55,763 nt of DNA, taken from the NCBI RefSeq assembly GCF_000181795.1, contig NW_003526945.1, positions 6,008,129 to 6,063,891 of the forward strand, written 5' to 3'. A program made the translations under genes and the position numbers. Below the pieces are notes generated by a model that was not told the origin of the DNA, ran no database searches, and saw nothing but the letters and a program-made list of their open reading frames with translations. The stretch is from Trichinella spiralis. Lineage: Eukaryota. Below, one piece after another: positions 1-12,000 of this stretch. Positions within the stretch are counted from its first letter, which is position 1, and each line of letters begins with the position of its first letter.

Positions 1-18
1 CACCGATTTCGCTTTTAG

Positions 19-3000
19 TTTGCCAGATGAAGATATGGACGTATGCAAAGAATTTTTAATTCTTCTATTGGGTAAATTAGTGGTTGCATTTCAGGAAGAT
101 GGAAGTCGATATGAATCCTCTATGGCGCCGAAATTTATTTCCAAAATCAAGGATACCAAAGTGACAATAGGGAAGCAAGCAATTTTTGAATGCATCGTTC
201 CTGGATCAAAAGGAATTTGTGTGAAATGGTGCGTTTTTATTTTGTAAAACACGGTGCTGTTTTTCATATTAATGTTTTTTTTTAAATTAATGAGAATGTT
301 TATTTTACAAAATGGTTGCTTTATAAAAGCACTACAGAAATGTCGTTACTACAAATTTTGCAAGATGTTTTTCACTTTTTAATCTATTTAGGCTAAAAGA
401 TGGAAATGAAGTTGAACTTTTGGCAAGAATAAGAGTGGGAAGTCATAAAGAAGAAAATGTAATGGTCCACCGTCTTATTATTGATGATGTGAGAAGAGAA
501 GACGCCGGTTATTATACATGTGTTGTCATGAATGAGCACGGCCAAGAAACATGTGTTGCAAAATTGGAAAGTAAGTGATTATCAGCAGTATTTATTGAAT
601 GTTTTTTTTGAATGATTTCTATGATATATTTTATTGATTGCACACCTGAATACATAATGGCGCTTATAAAAAAATTTGAAATGATTATTAGTTGAATGTT
701 GAAACTTCAATATTTTATTAATAGTTCAGTTATGCTGTGAAGTTGATATTTATTTTATGAATTTTTAGTAGCCGAAGGAAAAGGAAGTGCAGAATTGCTG
801 AAGCCTCCTCAGTTTATTTCATGCCTTTCCAACGTTAACGTTAAAGTTGGTGACAAAGCTTTATTTTCGTGTAAAGTAACCGGATTTCCACAGCCTGATC
901 TCAAATGGTATAAAGACGGTGAAGTGATTGAAACTTTCGACGAGTCCACATTAGTAAAAGATGAAAAGGGTACTTACATGTTGGTGATTGACGCAGTGGA
1001 GAAAAAGCACGAAGGGGAATACATTTGTGAAGCAACGAATGTGGCTGGTCAAGTGAAAACTTGCGCTGAATTGAAAATTCAACGTAAGTAAACTTGTTTA
1101 AAAATGTTAATGCTTATCTGAAATTTTAATCATATATTTACACGCAGATAATTATGTAAATCATATAAACACGCTATAAAAATTGTTCTTCACACTTTTT
1201 TCTTGCGTATATGGTTAAAGTGAAATTAAAAAATTTTTTATATTCATGATGAACTTCAGTGACATTCAGGAGACAGAGAACATAATTTTAATGATGGCTA
1301 ATATTCTTTTTTCACTAGAATACACTGTTTCGGAAACAGATGGTGAAGAATCAGTAGCTCCGCATTTTACTGTTCCGCTGTATCCTCAGACTGTCACTGA
1401 AGGATCTACAGCTGATTTATCATGTTTCGCTACTGGAAATCCAGAACCGGAAATTCATTGGTATAAAGATGAAAATGAAATTCATGAAAATGATCACTTC
1501 AAATTTACAAGCACAAAAGAAGGCGGAAAACGACTGATTGTCGATAATGTGCACATTGTTGATGAAGCAGAGTACACATGTGAAGCTGTAAATATTGCTG
1601 GAAAAGCTTCTACGAAAACGATATTGAAAGTCCAAAGTATGTTTTCATTTTATTTCGTTGTACTCTGTACGTAAAAATAAATTACTAGACAGCCGGTAAT
1701 GCATTCATGTGCTTGTATTTTTAATGATTTTGAAAGTGTGTTTTAGAAATGTGCTTTATGAATGATTTCTAGCGATTTCAGAAAGTATGTGGTTATTAAT
1801 TTTGAAATTTAATGATGATTGCAGAGTATGAGGAATCTGAATGTGATAAAGAGGAGACAATTCTTCCCAAATTTACCACTGACCTCCAATACCAAACAGT
1901 CCGTGAAGGAGAGCAAGCAGTTTTAACCTGTGTTGCGAAAGGCGTGCCTTCACCAGAAATTTATTGGTTTAAAAATGATGAAAGAATCCAAAACGATAGT
2001 CATTTTGAAATGCGGTCTGACAAAGATGGAACTCAAACACTCATTGTTTGCAAAGCCTATTTAGCAGACCAAGCGGAATATAAATGCGAAGCGCGAAACG
2101 TTGTAGGAAGTTCTTTCACGCAAGCAGCGTTAAAAGTGGAAAGTATGGAACATTATGATTAAACTTATTAATTAATTAATTAATTTATTTAACAGCTGTT
2201 ATTTAAGTTTAAGATTTATTGTTAAAGAATTGATTTAGCAAATTTTTGCTGATAAAATTATGTGAAACTTTTAAGCAGCATGAGACCGTAATGGAGTACG
2301 GTATACAGTATCTACTAATGCTATACTGTAGATTAGATTATTTCTTCTGTTGTTTCAATTTAGAATGCTTGAAATTTATCGTTAGACCATTTTTAAGCAC
2401 GAATAATTTTAAAATTGTGAATACAATTTTTGAGTCGAAATGCACAGCATTTCTAAAACTGTTTCCATATAAATGTATAATGCATTTATTTTTTAATGCA
2501 GAATGCGAAACATCTACTTATGAAGAAGAACCCGTTCCTCCTGAATTCTCAACTTCTCTGCATTATCAGAAAGTCAACGAAGGAGAGCAAGCAGTGTTGA
2601 TGTGCACAGCCAAAGGACATCCCCAACCGGAAATTTATTGGTACAAAAATGATCAACAGATTCAAGAAGATGAGCATTTTCAAATCAGACGTGAGAGCGA
2701 TGGTCGTCAAAGACTGATAATTGTTGAAACTGTAATTGACGACCAAGCGAAATATACTTGTGAAGCAGTTAATACAGTTGGAAAATCAACAACTCAAACT
2801 ATCTTGGAAATTCAAAGTAAGCATAGCTTCTACAATATTTTGCTTGATTACTAGAATTCTATGCAGGGTGCAATTTAGCAAACGTAGTAGCATTAAGCAG
2901 GGTGTAAGCTGAGTTCTTCATCATAAACAAAATAATACTATAAGTTTTCTTTAATTTGTAGACCCTTTGCAAATAATATTATTGTTTATTTGAGAAAATG

Positions 3001-6000
3001 TAACTATTGTGTTTTCTTAAAATTGCTAAATATGCATTAGGATACACTGTGTCAGAACCGAGTGCAGGTGAAACTGTGGCACCAATATTTACAAAAGAAT
3101 TGGAATATCAAAAAATTTCTGAAGGACAACAGGCAGTTCTTACATGCGTCGCTCATGGACAGCCAACACCAGAAATTCATTGGTATAAAGATGATGAAGA
3201 AATTAACAACAGTGAACACTTTGAAATGAAAAGCGAAAAAGATGGAACCCAAAAATTAATTGTTTCTGAAGTCAGTACTAAAGACCAAGCAGAGTACAGA
3301 TGTGAAGCATGGAACACAGTGGGTAGATCATTCACACAAACTACTCTTCAAGTTGAGAGTATGCTAATTTTTTTGTTTCATGTTAAGTTACTTGGTTATA
3401 TAGTTTGATAAACAGATATTACTTATTACAAAGTTATATATGTTGCGTTTATGCACGAATGTATGTATATCTGGTGTGCATATGCTTATTCATTTGTAGT
3501 GATTTTTTTCAATATTATATTATTTTAGAATATTATTATTTTACATTTATATATTTATGATGACGCATACATCATATAATATTACATTGCATAACATATT
3601 TAGAGTATATTGTTTCTGAAGTTGAAAGTGGAGAAGTTGTACCTCCGGAATTTACCATTCCTTTACAATATCAGAATATTTATGAAGGACAGCAAGCGGT
3701 GCTTGAATGTGCCCTGAAAGGTCACCCTAAGCCAGAAGTTCGTTGGTTTAAAGGTAGTGAAGAGATTTACAATGATGAGCATTTTGAAATGAAAAGTGAA
3801 GCTGATGGTACACAAAAGTTAATTCTTCTAAAAGTGAGCGCAAATGATGATGCTGTGTACAAATGCGAAGCCCGAAATGTAGCAGGAGAATCATATACGG
3901 AAGCCTCTCTTCAGGTTGAAAGTATGGCTTTGCTCTATTTAAATAAATTATAAGTTGGACAAATTACATTTTTAGTATTTAGAAAATGAATTAAAAGTTA
4001 TCATTTTAGGACAAAATTTAAAGTAAATTGTTATTTTCAACATAGAATTTTATTAATACATTCTGGAAATTTTGATTATGTTACACGTCATGATTATGAT
4101 TATTATGTTGTGTTATATTATTTTGTTTTATTTTATATTGCATGTAACAAATTAAGCGAGTGTAAAAGATGTAACAGATTATGTCATTGCATTGAAAAAA
4201 TGCTGTCAACTAATTAATGTATTACCTCATTTTCTTTTAGGGTATACTGAGTCAGATGTTAAAAGTGAAGAGCTTTCAGCACCTGAATTTACTTCTGCTT
4301 TGGAATATCAAAAAGTTTACCAAGGACAGCAGGCTATGCTTAAATGCGTCGCCAAAGGTCAACCTACCCCTGAAATTCACTGGTACAAAGACAACGAAGA
4401 AATTCATAAAAGTGAGCAGTTTGAAATGCATACTGAAGAAGATGGTACACAAATACTCATTCTTTCGAAAGTTTCCATTGATGACGAAGCAAAATACAGA
4501 TGTGAAGCTTGCAACATAGCTGGCAGTTCATACACACAAGCAACTCTTAAAGTTGAAAGTAAGCAAAACATTTATGTTAAAACTGCATTGACATTCTTTA
4601 CCAAACTGTGTAACCTCAGTAGAGTTTTCTTAATATTATAAACAGCAATGAGACTGGTATGCCTATAGGACTTAAATAAATCAAACTATCATTATGTAAA
4701 TGCAATTAGTGATTATTGCAAAATAAGTAAGATGCAAGATTTCGAAATATTAAAGATATTAATTACTTATAAAAATTGCAGAATACACGGAATCAGAAGT
4801 TGAAAAAGAAGAGGCTGTACCACCGGAAATCACTACAGGTTTGGAATATCAGAAAGTTTATGAAGGGCAGCAAGTCATACTGTCATGCGTTGCAAAAAGC
4901 CAGCCTTCACCTGAGGTGCACTGGTTTAAGGATGGAGAAGAGATTCAGAGTGACGAGCATTTTCAAATGAGAAGCGAGGACGATGGTACATATAAACTGA
5001 TTATTTCAAACGCTGTAGTGGATGATCAAGCGGAGTACAAGTGTGAAACATGGAACATTGCCGGCAAAGCATCGACGAAAACTGTACTCGAAGTGAAAAG
5101 TAAGTTAACATTTTCTTCTACCATTTACAGACCGTATCACGTATTAAAATTCTTGATGCTGAGCTGCTGCTGTGAAATCTGAAATCGATAAAGCAAATAT
5201 AATGAAATTAATTATGATGTATCGAACTGCGAAATGCCATATGTATAATAATGAATGATTTAACCAGTGTGATTTAGAAGAGGAATTACAAGTAGTGAAT
5301 TTCAAAGACCATTATGAATTATTTTTTATAATCAGCTTACATAATAAATAAGAAAACTTTAGGATATCACGAATTTGAAACTGAAAGCCTTGAAGATGTG
5401 CCTCCTACGTTTACTACGACTTTGGAACATCAGCAAGTTTATGAAGGAGAACGAGTAGTATTTCAGTGTGTAGCTACTGGCCAGCCTGCACCGAAAATTA
5501 GTTGGTATAAAGACGGCGAAGAAATTTTCAATAATGAACATTTTCTAATGAAAAGCGAGGAAAATGGAACACAAACACTGATTCTTTTAAAATCATCTGT
5601 GGATGATCAAGCACAGTACACTTGCGAAGCGTGGAACGCGGCTGGAAAGTCAACAACGCAAACAACTTTGGAAGTGAAAAGTAAGTTGTATCTGTTTTGA
5701 ATTCTATTTCACACAGTAAGCAGCTTAAAAATGGCAAAGTAGTATGAACTGTATAACAAGATGCATGCTGTATAATGGATTCCTTTATATATTCCAAGTT
5801 TATTAACGATTTAATTTATGCAAAAATAATTTTTAAATTATTTCTGGCTGTTTCGTATTTTGAATGCATTTTAATTTATTGAACGATAAATTACGCTTCT
5901 GTTTTTGCAAGTTATGTGCTTGACTTGATTATTCTAATTTAAATTATATTATTTTTCTTACTATTTATAAAACATAGGATATGCCGTTTCTGAAGTTGAA

Positions 6001-9000
6001 CAAGGCGTTGTACCACCAGAATTTACAACTACGCTTGAGCATCAAAGTGTTTACGAAGGTCAGCAAGCATTGTTCACATGTGTTGCAAAAGGATATCCAG
6101 CACCTGAAATTCACTGGTTTAAAGATGGAGTAGAAATTGAAAGTGATGATCATTTTCAAATGAAAAGCGGGGAAAATGGTACTCAAATACTGATTGTCAC
6201 AAAAACTTGTGTGGACGATCAGGCTGAGTACCGTTGCGAAGCATGGAACATGGGTGGAAAGTCTACAACACAAACCACCTTGAAAGTAGAAAGTGAGCAT
6301 TATTGTGTTTTGTGCGGTTTTGTTTAAATTTTTTTCTAGCAATGGATTTTTACCTACATTCAGGACTTTATTTCAGTATATTATATTATATTATATTATA
6401 TTTAAAAAAAGTATTTTTAGGTTTAGTGATGCAACTTTTAATTTATTTTATTAAGAATAATTCAAATATTTACTTTAAATATTCAAAAATCCAGTACTAT
6501 ATCCAGTGGTAATTTATTGTTTTTATTGGCAATGTGTCATAGTTTTAGTAGATTTATTAAATCATTAAATTATGATTTTTTTGAAGACTGCAGTGTGTTT
6601 TGTTTTGTTGTGTTGTACAGTGTTGTATAAGTGAATAATTTTAGAGCATTTGATATCTGAAGTTGAAGAGCAATCGCTTGTGGCACCTGAATTCATAACG
6701 AATCTGCAATATCAGAAAGTTGATGAAGGACAGCAAGCAATACTTACATGTGTTGCGAAGGGCTATCCATCACCGGAAATTCACTGGTATAAAGATGGTG
6801 AGGAAATTAAAAATGATGAGCATTTCAAAATGAAAAGCGAAGCAGATGGTACCCAAATGTTGATACTTTCAAAACCTGTAATAGAAGATCAGGCGGTGTA
6901 TAGATGTGAAGCATGGAATATTGTTGGAAAAACCTCAACCCAAACAACTTTGGATATAGAACGTATGTATATACAATGTTGTTTTGCTAAATATTGCTAT
7001 TTTATTGAAACAATGTTCTGTAATTTCATAAAATGAATATAGAGCTCTGTAGTTTTTTGTGTAATTGTGAGCTTATTCACAAGTGACATCATTCAGCGTT
7101 TGATAGTGCTGAACAACTACAACAGTAGATTGCATTAACTGAATTTACTCTGATGATGCTATCATGCCATCACAATAATTAAAGTAAATTGTAATGCTTT
7201 GTTAATCGTAGAATGTTTGGTTATGCCTGTTTTTGTTGTTATGCCATTTGTAGGATCTATGGTGTTAGAAGTGGAAGAAGAAAAGGTAGAGGCTCCGCAG
7301 TTTATAAGCAGTTTGAGATATGACGCAATTAGAGAAGGTGAACAAGCTGTGCTTACGTGTGTTTCAAAGGGCAGTCCTGTTCCTGAAGTTCGATGGTATA
7401 AAGATGAACAAGAAATAACAAACGACAGCCATTTTCAAATCAGAAGCGAAATGGATGGTACTCAAAAGCTGATCATAATAAAAACTGTTAAAGATGATCA
7501 AGCGGAATACAAGTGTGAAGCAGTAAATGTTGCAGGAAGATCTTCTACAAAAAGTATCTTCAAAATTCAAGGTAAACAAATTTTCGTGGTTTGGCTTATA
7601 TATGGGATTTAAATTTACATTGCTTTTACTTTGAGTTTGCTTCAAAAAATTGCTGGATATGCCTGATGCAGTAACACTGCATTTTTAAATGTTAAATTAT
7701 TTTCATATTTCTCAGTTGTTTTAATTGCATTCATTGTTCAAAAAATGAATCCTTTACCTTTCATATGAATAGAAGTTGAGTTTTCTGAATCTGAAGAAGA
7801 ATCAGCTATCTTACCCCAATTTACTGTTCCACTGGAATATCAGAAAGTCCATGTAGGTGAGCAGGCAGTGCTTACATGTGTTGCAAAAGGACAGCCTACT
7901 CCAGAAATTCACTGGTTTAAAGATGAAGTAGAAATTTTTAATAATGAACATTTTGAAATGAAAAGTGAGGAAGATGGCACTCAGAAACTTATACTTACAC
8001 ACGTCAGTATTGAAGACCAAGCAAATTACAGTTGTGAAGCATTAAACGTTGCTGGCAGATCATCAACATCAGTAATATTAGAAATTGAAAGTACGTGTTT
8101 GACGATTTCTGATATATCTGTGCAACTAGAACTCTTCGTTGGCTTTATGGTCTAATGCTTTTATCTGCTTAAATTGTAGCCAAAAATGCTTTCTAACAAG
8201 CAATTAATGCAATAAGTTGTGGCAGGCATGATGCTGAGTTGAAGTTATGCTATACGCTTTTGTGTTTTATTTGTTCTATATATGTATGCTGCATTGAAGT
8301 TCCATAAATGAAACAGTTATTTTAATGAAGAAAATATATTGCTTTTTTAACATGGCTGAGCACTACAGAATATTAATATAACGTACAATTTATAAATATT
8401 TGTGTATGTGGTGATAGTATTGTAATTTTAAAATACAGAATGGAGCTCCAATGAAGCTGAATATGAACACAGAGAAAGTTTTGAACATGAGTTGGATTCT
8501 GAAAATTTGGAAGAAAGTCAACAAACCTCTGTGGACACAGCATTAGTTTTTGACAAGGAGCAGTTATATGACACTACGGCTGATAGAGTTGATGTATTCT
8601 CCACTGAAGCAAATGAAGCAAGACTTACAGAAAAGATAGCATTGGATGAAAAGACTCATATATTTGAAGAATCTCAGCATGATTTCAGCAATTTTCTTTC
8701 AGAATCGAGTTCATTTGAAAGAAGAACAGAAGTGTCAAGTATTTATTTTTAATTTATATTGCATCAAATATATTAATCAACATTTACTGCTCATTTCATT
8801 TATTAATCTGATGAATCGAACCGGCATATGAGTGCAAAAACATTTAAATGTAATAAATCAACTTGTAAATTTTAAGGGTAAACAATTCGTTGTACTGATC
8901 ATTTGAATGATTTTATTTTTTTTGAAAATTTCTGCTCATTTATGCATGCATTTATTTAGAAAGTGATATAATTGAAGATCGATCCCAGAAAGGATTTGTT

Positions 9001-12000
9001 CCAGAATTTGTCACCGTACTTGAAATTCAAAAGGCTGCAGAAGGTGCGACAGCATCTTTCTCTTGCAAGGTTGTCGGTGAGCCAACACCAGTTGTGCGCT
9101 GGTTCAAAGATGGTAACGAAATTTTGGAAAGTGAACATTTTGAAATATCCAGCCGTTCTGATGGGACACAAACGTTGATTGTTAAATCCGTCAAGCCTGA
9201 AGATTGTGCTGTGTATTCCTGTGAAGCTGTTAATGTTTGCGGAAAATCTTCAACAACGACTACTTTGGAAATTCAGCGTAAGAAATGTTGAAGTGTTCTC
9301 TTTTTTGTAGCAATTATAGCGGTTTAATAATACACACTTTCAATACTGAATTCCATAACGCTGTATGGAGTGCATTTTTTTATCAGATATGCTTATGATG
9401 CATATATTGCAGATGCGGAAACAAGTGAAATAATATCTGAAGAAGTTTCTCCTTCCTTTATAAAAGATATTGAAAGTGTATCTACTGATGAAGGAAAATC
9501 AATTCAACTTGAATGTATAGTGGCAGGTATGCCTCTTCCTACAGTTAAGTGGTACAAAGATGGAGAAGAGATAACAGCCGAACATAATTTTATTACGTTG
9601 GAAGCTTTACCGAGTGGATTGCATCGACTCCATATTTCGAATGCTTCTTCGCTGCATGATGGTGAATATCGTTGCATTGCAAGCAATTCAAGTGGAGCTG
9701 TGTGGAGTAATGCAGTTGTTGAAGTCAGAGGTAAAATTAGCTACATATGTTGCAAGCCGTGCATTTACATGCATTTTAGCTGCCGAAGCTAAGCCAGTGT
9801 CTTTGTTGGGAATGGTTGCTCCAGAGTTCATTGAAGTTTTGAGACTTTGCGAAGCATCTGAGCATGAAGTTGGTACACTGCAATGCAAAGTGACTGGATT
9901 TCCAGCTCCTGAAGTTCGTTGGTTTAAAGATGGTGTTGAAATAACTGAAAGTGAAAAATACAAAATGTTAAAAAAAGCCGATGATGTTTACGTTTTGCAA
10001 ATCAGCGATGCTATAAAGGAAGATGAAGGTGAATATCGATGTGAAGCGTCAAACGAGAAAGGTTTTGCTTGGAGTGAAGCGCCTTTGTCAGTGAAAAGTA
10101 AGCATTTATTATTCATACTTTCCTTTTTCACTCTATGTCTTTTGATATCATCTATAAGAATTTATTTAAAGTATGTAACATGGCTTTACAACGGCGTGAT
10201 ATTATAAATGAATTATAAAAATTATATAAAAATTTGAAAACATGAAACGACAGCTGCAACATATCAAAATCTGTTAGTAATTTTGTAATACCAAATAGCT
10301 TAACTTGTGATGCACAATAATAGTATCTCAGTATTACGTTAAATACTAATTTTGTGATGAAATTGTATGTGCCGCATGAACAGATGAATGGGCATACAAT
10401 AAATTAAATTATTGAATATTTATTTAGTGAAATAGCTGGGCAAGAACGAAAGTATTAAGAAATTATATATTATGTAGAATGAAGCATAAATATTGATAAT
10501 CCTGATTCTTAATTAAAAGTCTTTTATTTTAAATGTTAAGTTTTATTATAAAATGAAACACTTCTAAAATACTCATCGGGTTATTCAAGTCGAAAATTTT
10601 ATTTTTATAAAAGCTTTGTTTTTTTGAATAAACAGAAGCCCTTTCTTCAATCTTCAGAATTTATTTGTTCTTTTCCTTCATGCATATAAAAATCAATAAA
10701 TGCTTTTCTTTAAGTAAAGTAATAACAAAAATATGATGTTGTGTTATACTTTTTTTAATAAGAATTAAAAACTAATTATTAATGAGTTTTTGCTTCATTG
10801 AATACTTTTAATCTTTTGTCAGGCATGAATTTCAGATGCTCTGCTTTTAATGTTTTATTTTACGTTTAATAATGTATTTGATAAACTGGTGATGCATACT
10901 GAGGATAAAAATGATTTTTTATTCATCTGTTTTCAAATTGATAGCATTTTGCGGAAAATATTTTATTTTTGAAAAAGTAATTTTGACATAAAAATTTTTC
11001 TGCGAATAAGTTGGTTTAGCATCTTTCAAATATCTGGTGCCGGAAGTGATTCTGTCGAAGAGAGCTTCGGTATTATCGATAATGACTTTATTTTATATTC
11101 TTGGTAGGCTTTTTGGTTGTTCTTTCTAAACAGTGTTCATGAAGTCCAGAAATTATGAAGCATTTGCACAGTTAAATTTAATATTCGGTTATGTATAACT
11201 GAGTTTACTAAAATTTTGCATGATAAGATAATAAGATTTTGCTGTATAAAAATTATTTTTCAAATATTTAAAATAAAAAATGTGTCTTTTAGTGGCAAAA
11301 GAAATAGAATATGACGACTCAGATGAAGTAGCTCCAGACTTTGTTGAACCGCTTAAAGCTTGTGTTGTTAACAGTGGTGAAGACGTGGTTTTGCAATGCA
11401 AGGTAACTTTCAGTAATATATGTTTTATTCAGATAAGTTATCTTTCAATTCAGGTTACTGGAGTTCCTTATCCAGAAGTGATGTGGTATAAAAAGGGTGT
11501 TCCTGTTGTATGCAGTGAAAAAATTACAATCGAAACTTGCCAAGATGGAATACATAAATTGATTATTCACCAAGCGGATGAAAGCGATGTGGCTGAATAT
11601 CGATGTGAAGCTAAAAATGATGCCGGAGTTGTTTGGTCTGATGCAACAGTTTGCGTTTTGAGTAACTGCCTACATACAGTTTATTTGAAGATGTAAACGT
11701 CAGCAGCTGATTTTTATTTAGCATCTGAGTATCTGGAAGAAGAAATTGAAGAAGAAATTGCACCATCGTTTGTACATGAACTTCGTGAAACTATGGTAAA
11801 GGAAGGAGAGAAGATCATGCTAACTTGCAAAGTAGAAATGATTTCAGCGTTATAATTAAAACTATATTGACATCAAAATGAGAATGATTTAGGTAGCGGG
11901 CAGTCCATTGCCAGAAGTGCATTGGTATAAAAACGGTGATATCATAAAATCGTCTGATGAAATCGAAATAGTGTCCACGAAGGATGGCACTGAGAAACTT

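Noticed and set aside
1319..8090. Regular periodicity suggesting a CRISPR-like or Dscam-like mutually exclusive array
   Set aside because: The units are coding Ig exons in a eukaryotic gene, not repeat-spacer units. The introns are long enough to allow sequential inclusion and I saw no docking/selector complementarity, so mutual exclusivity is unsupported.
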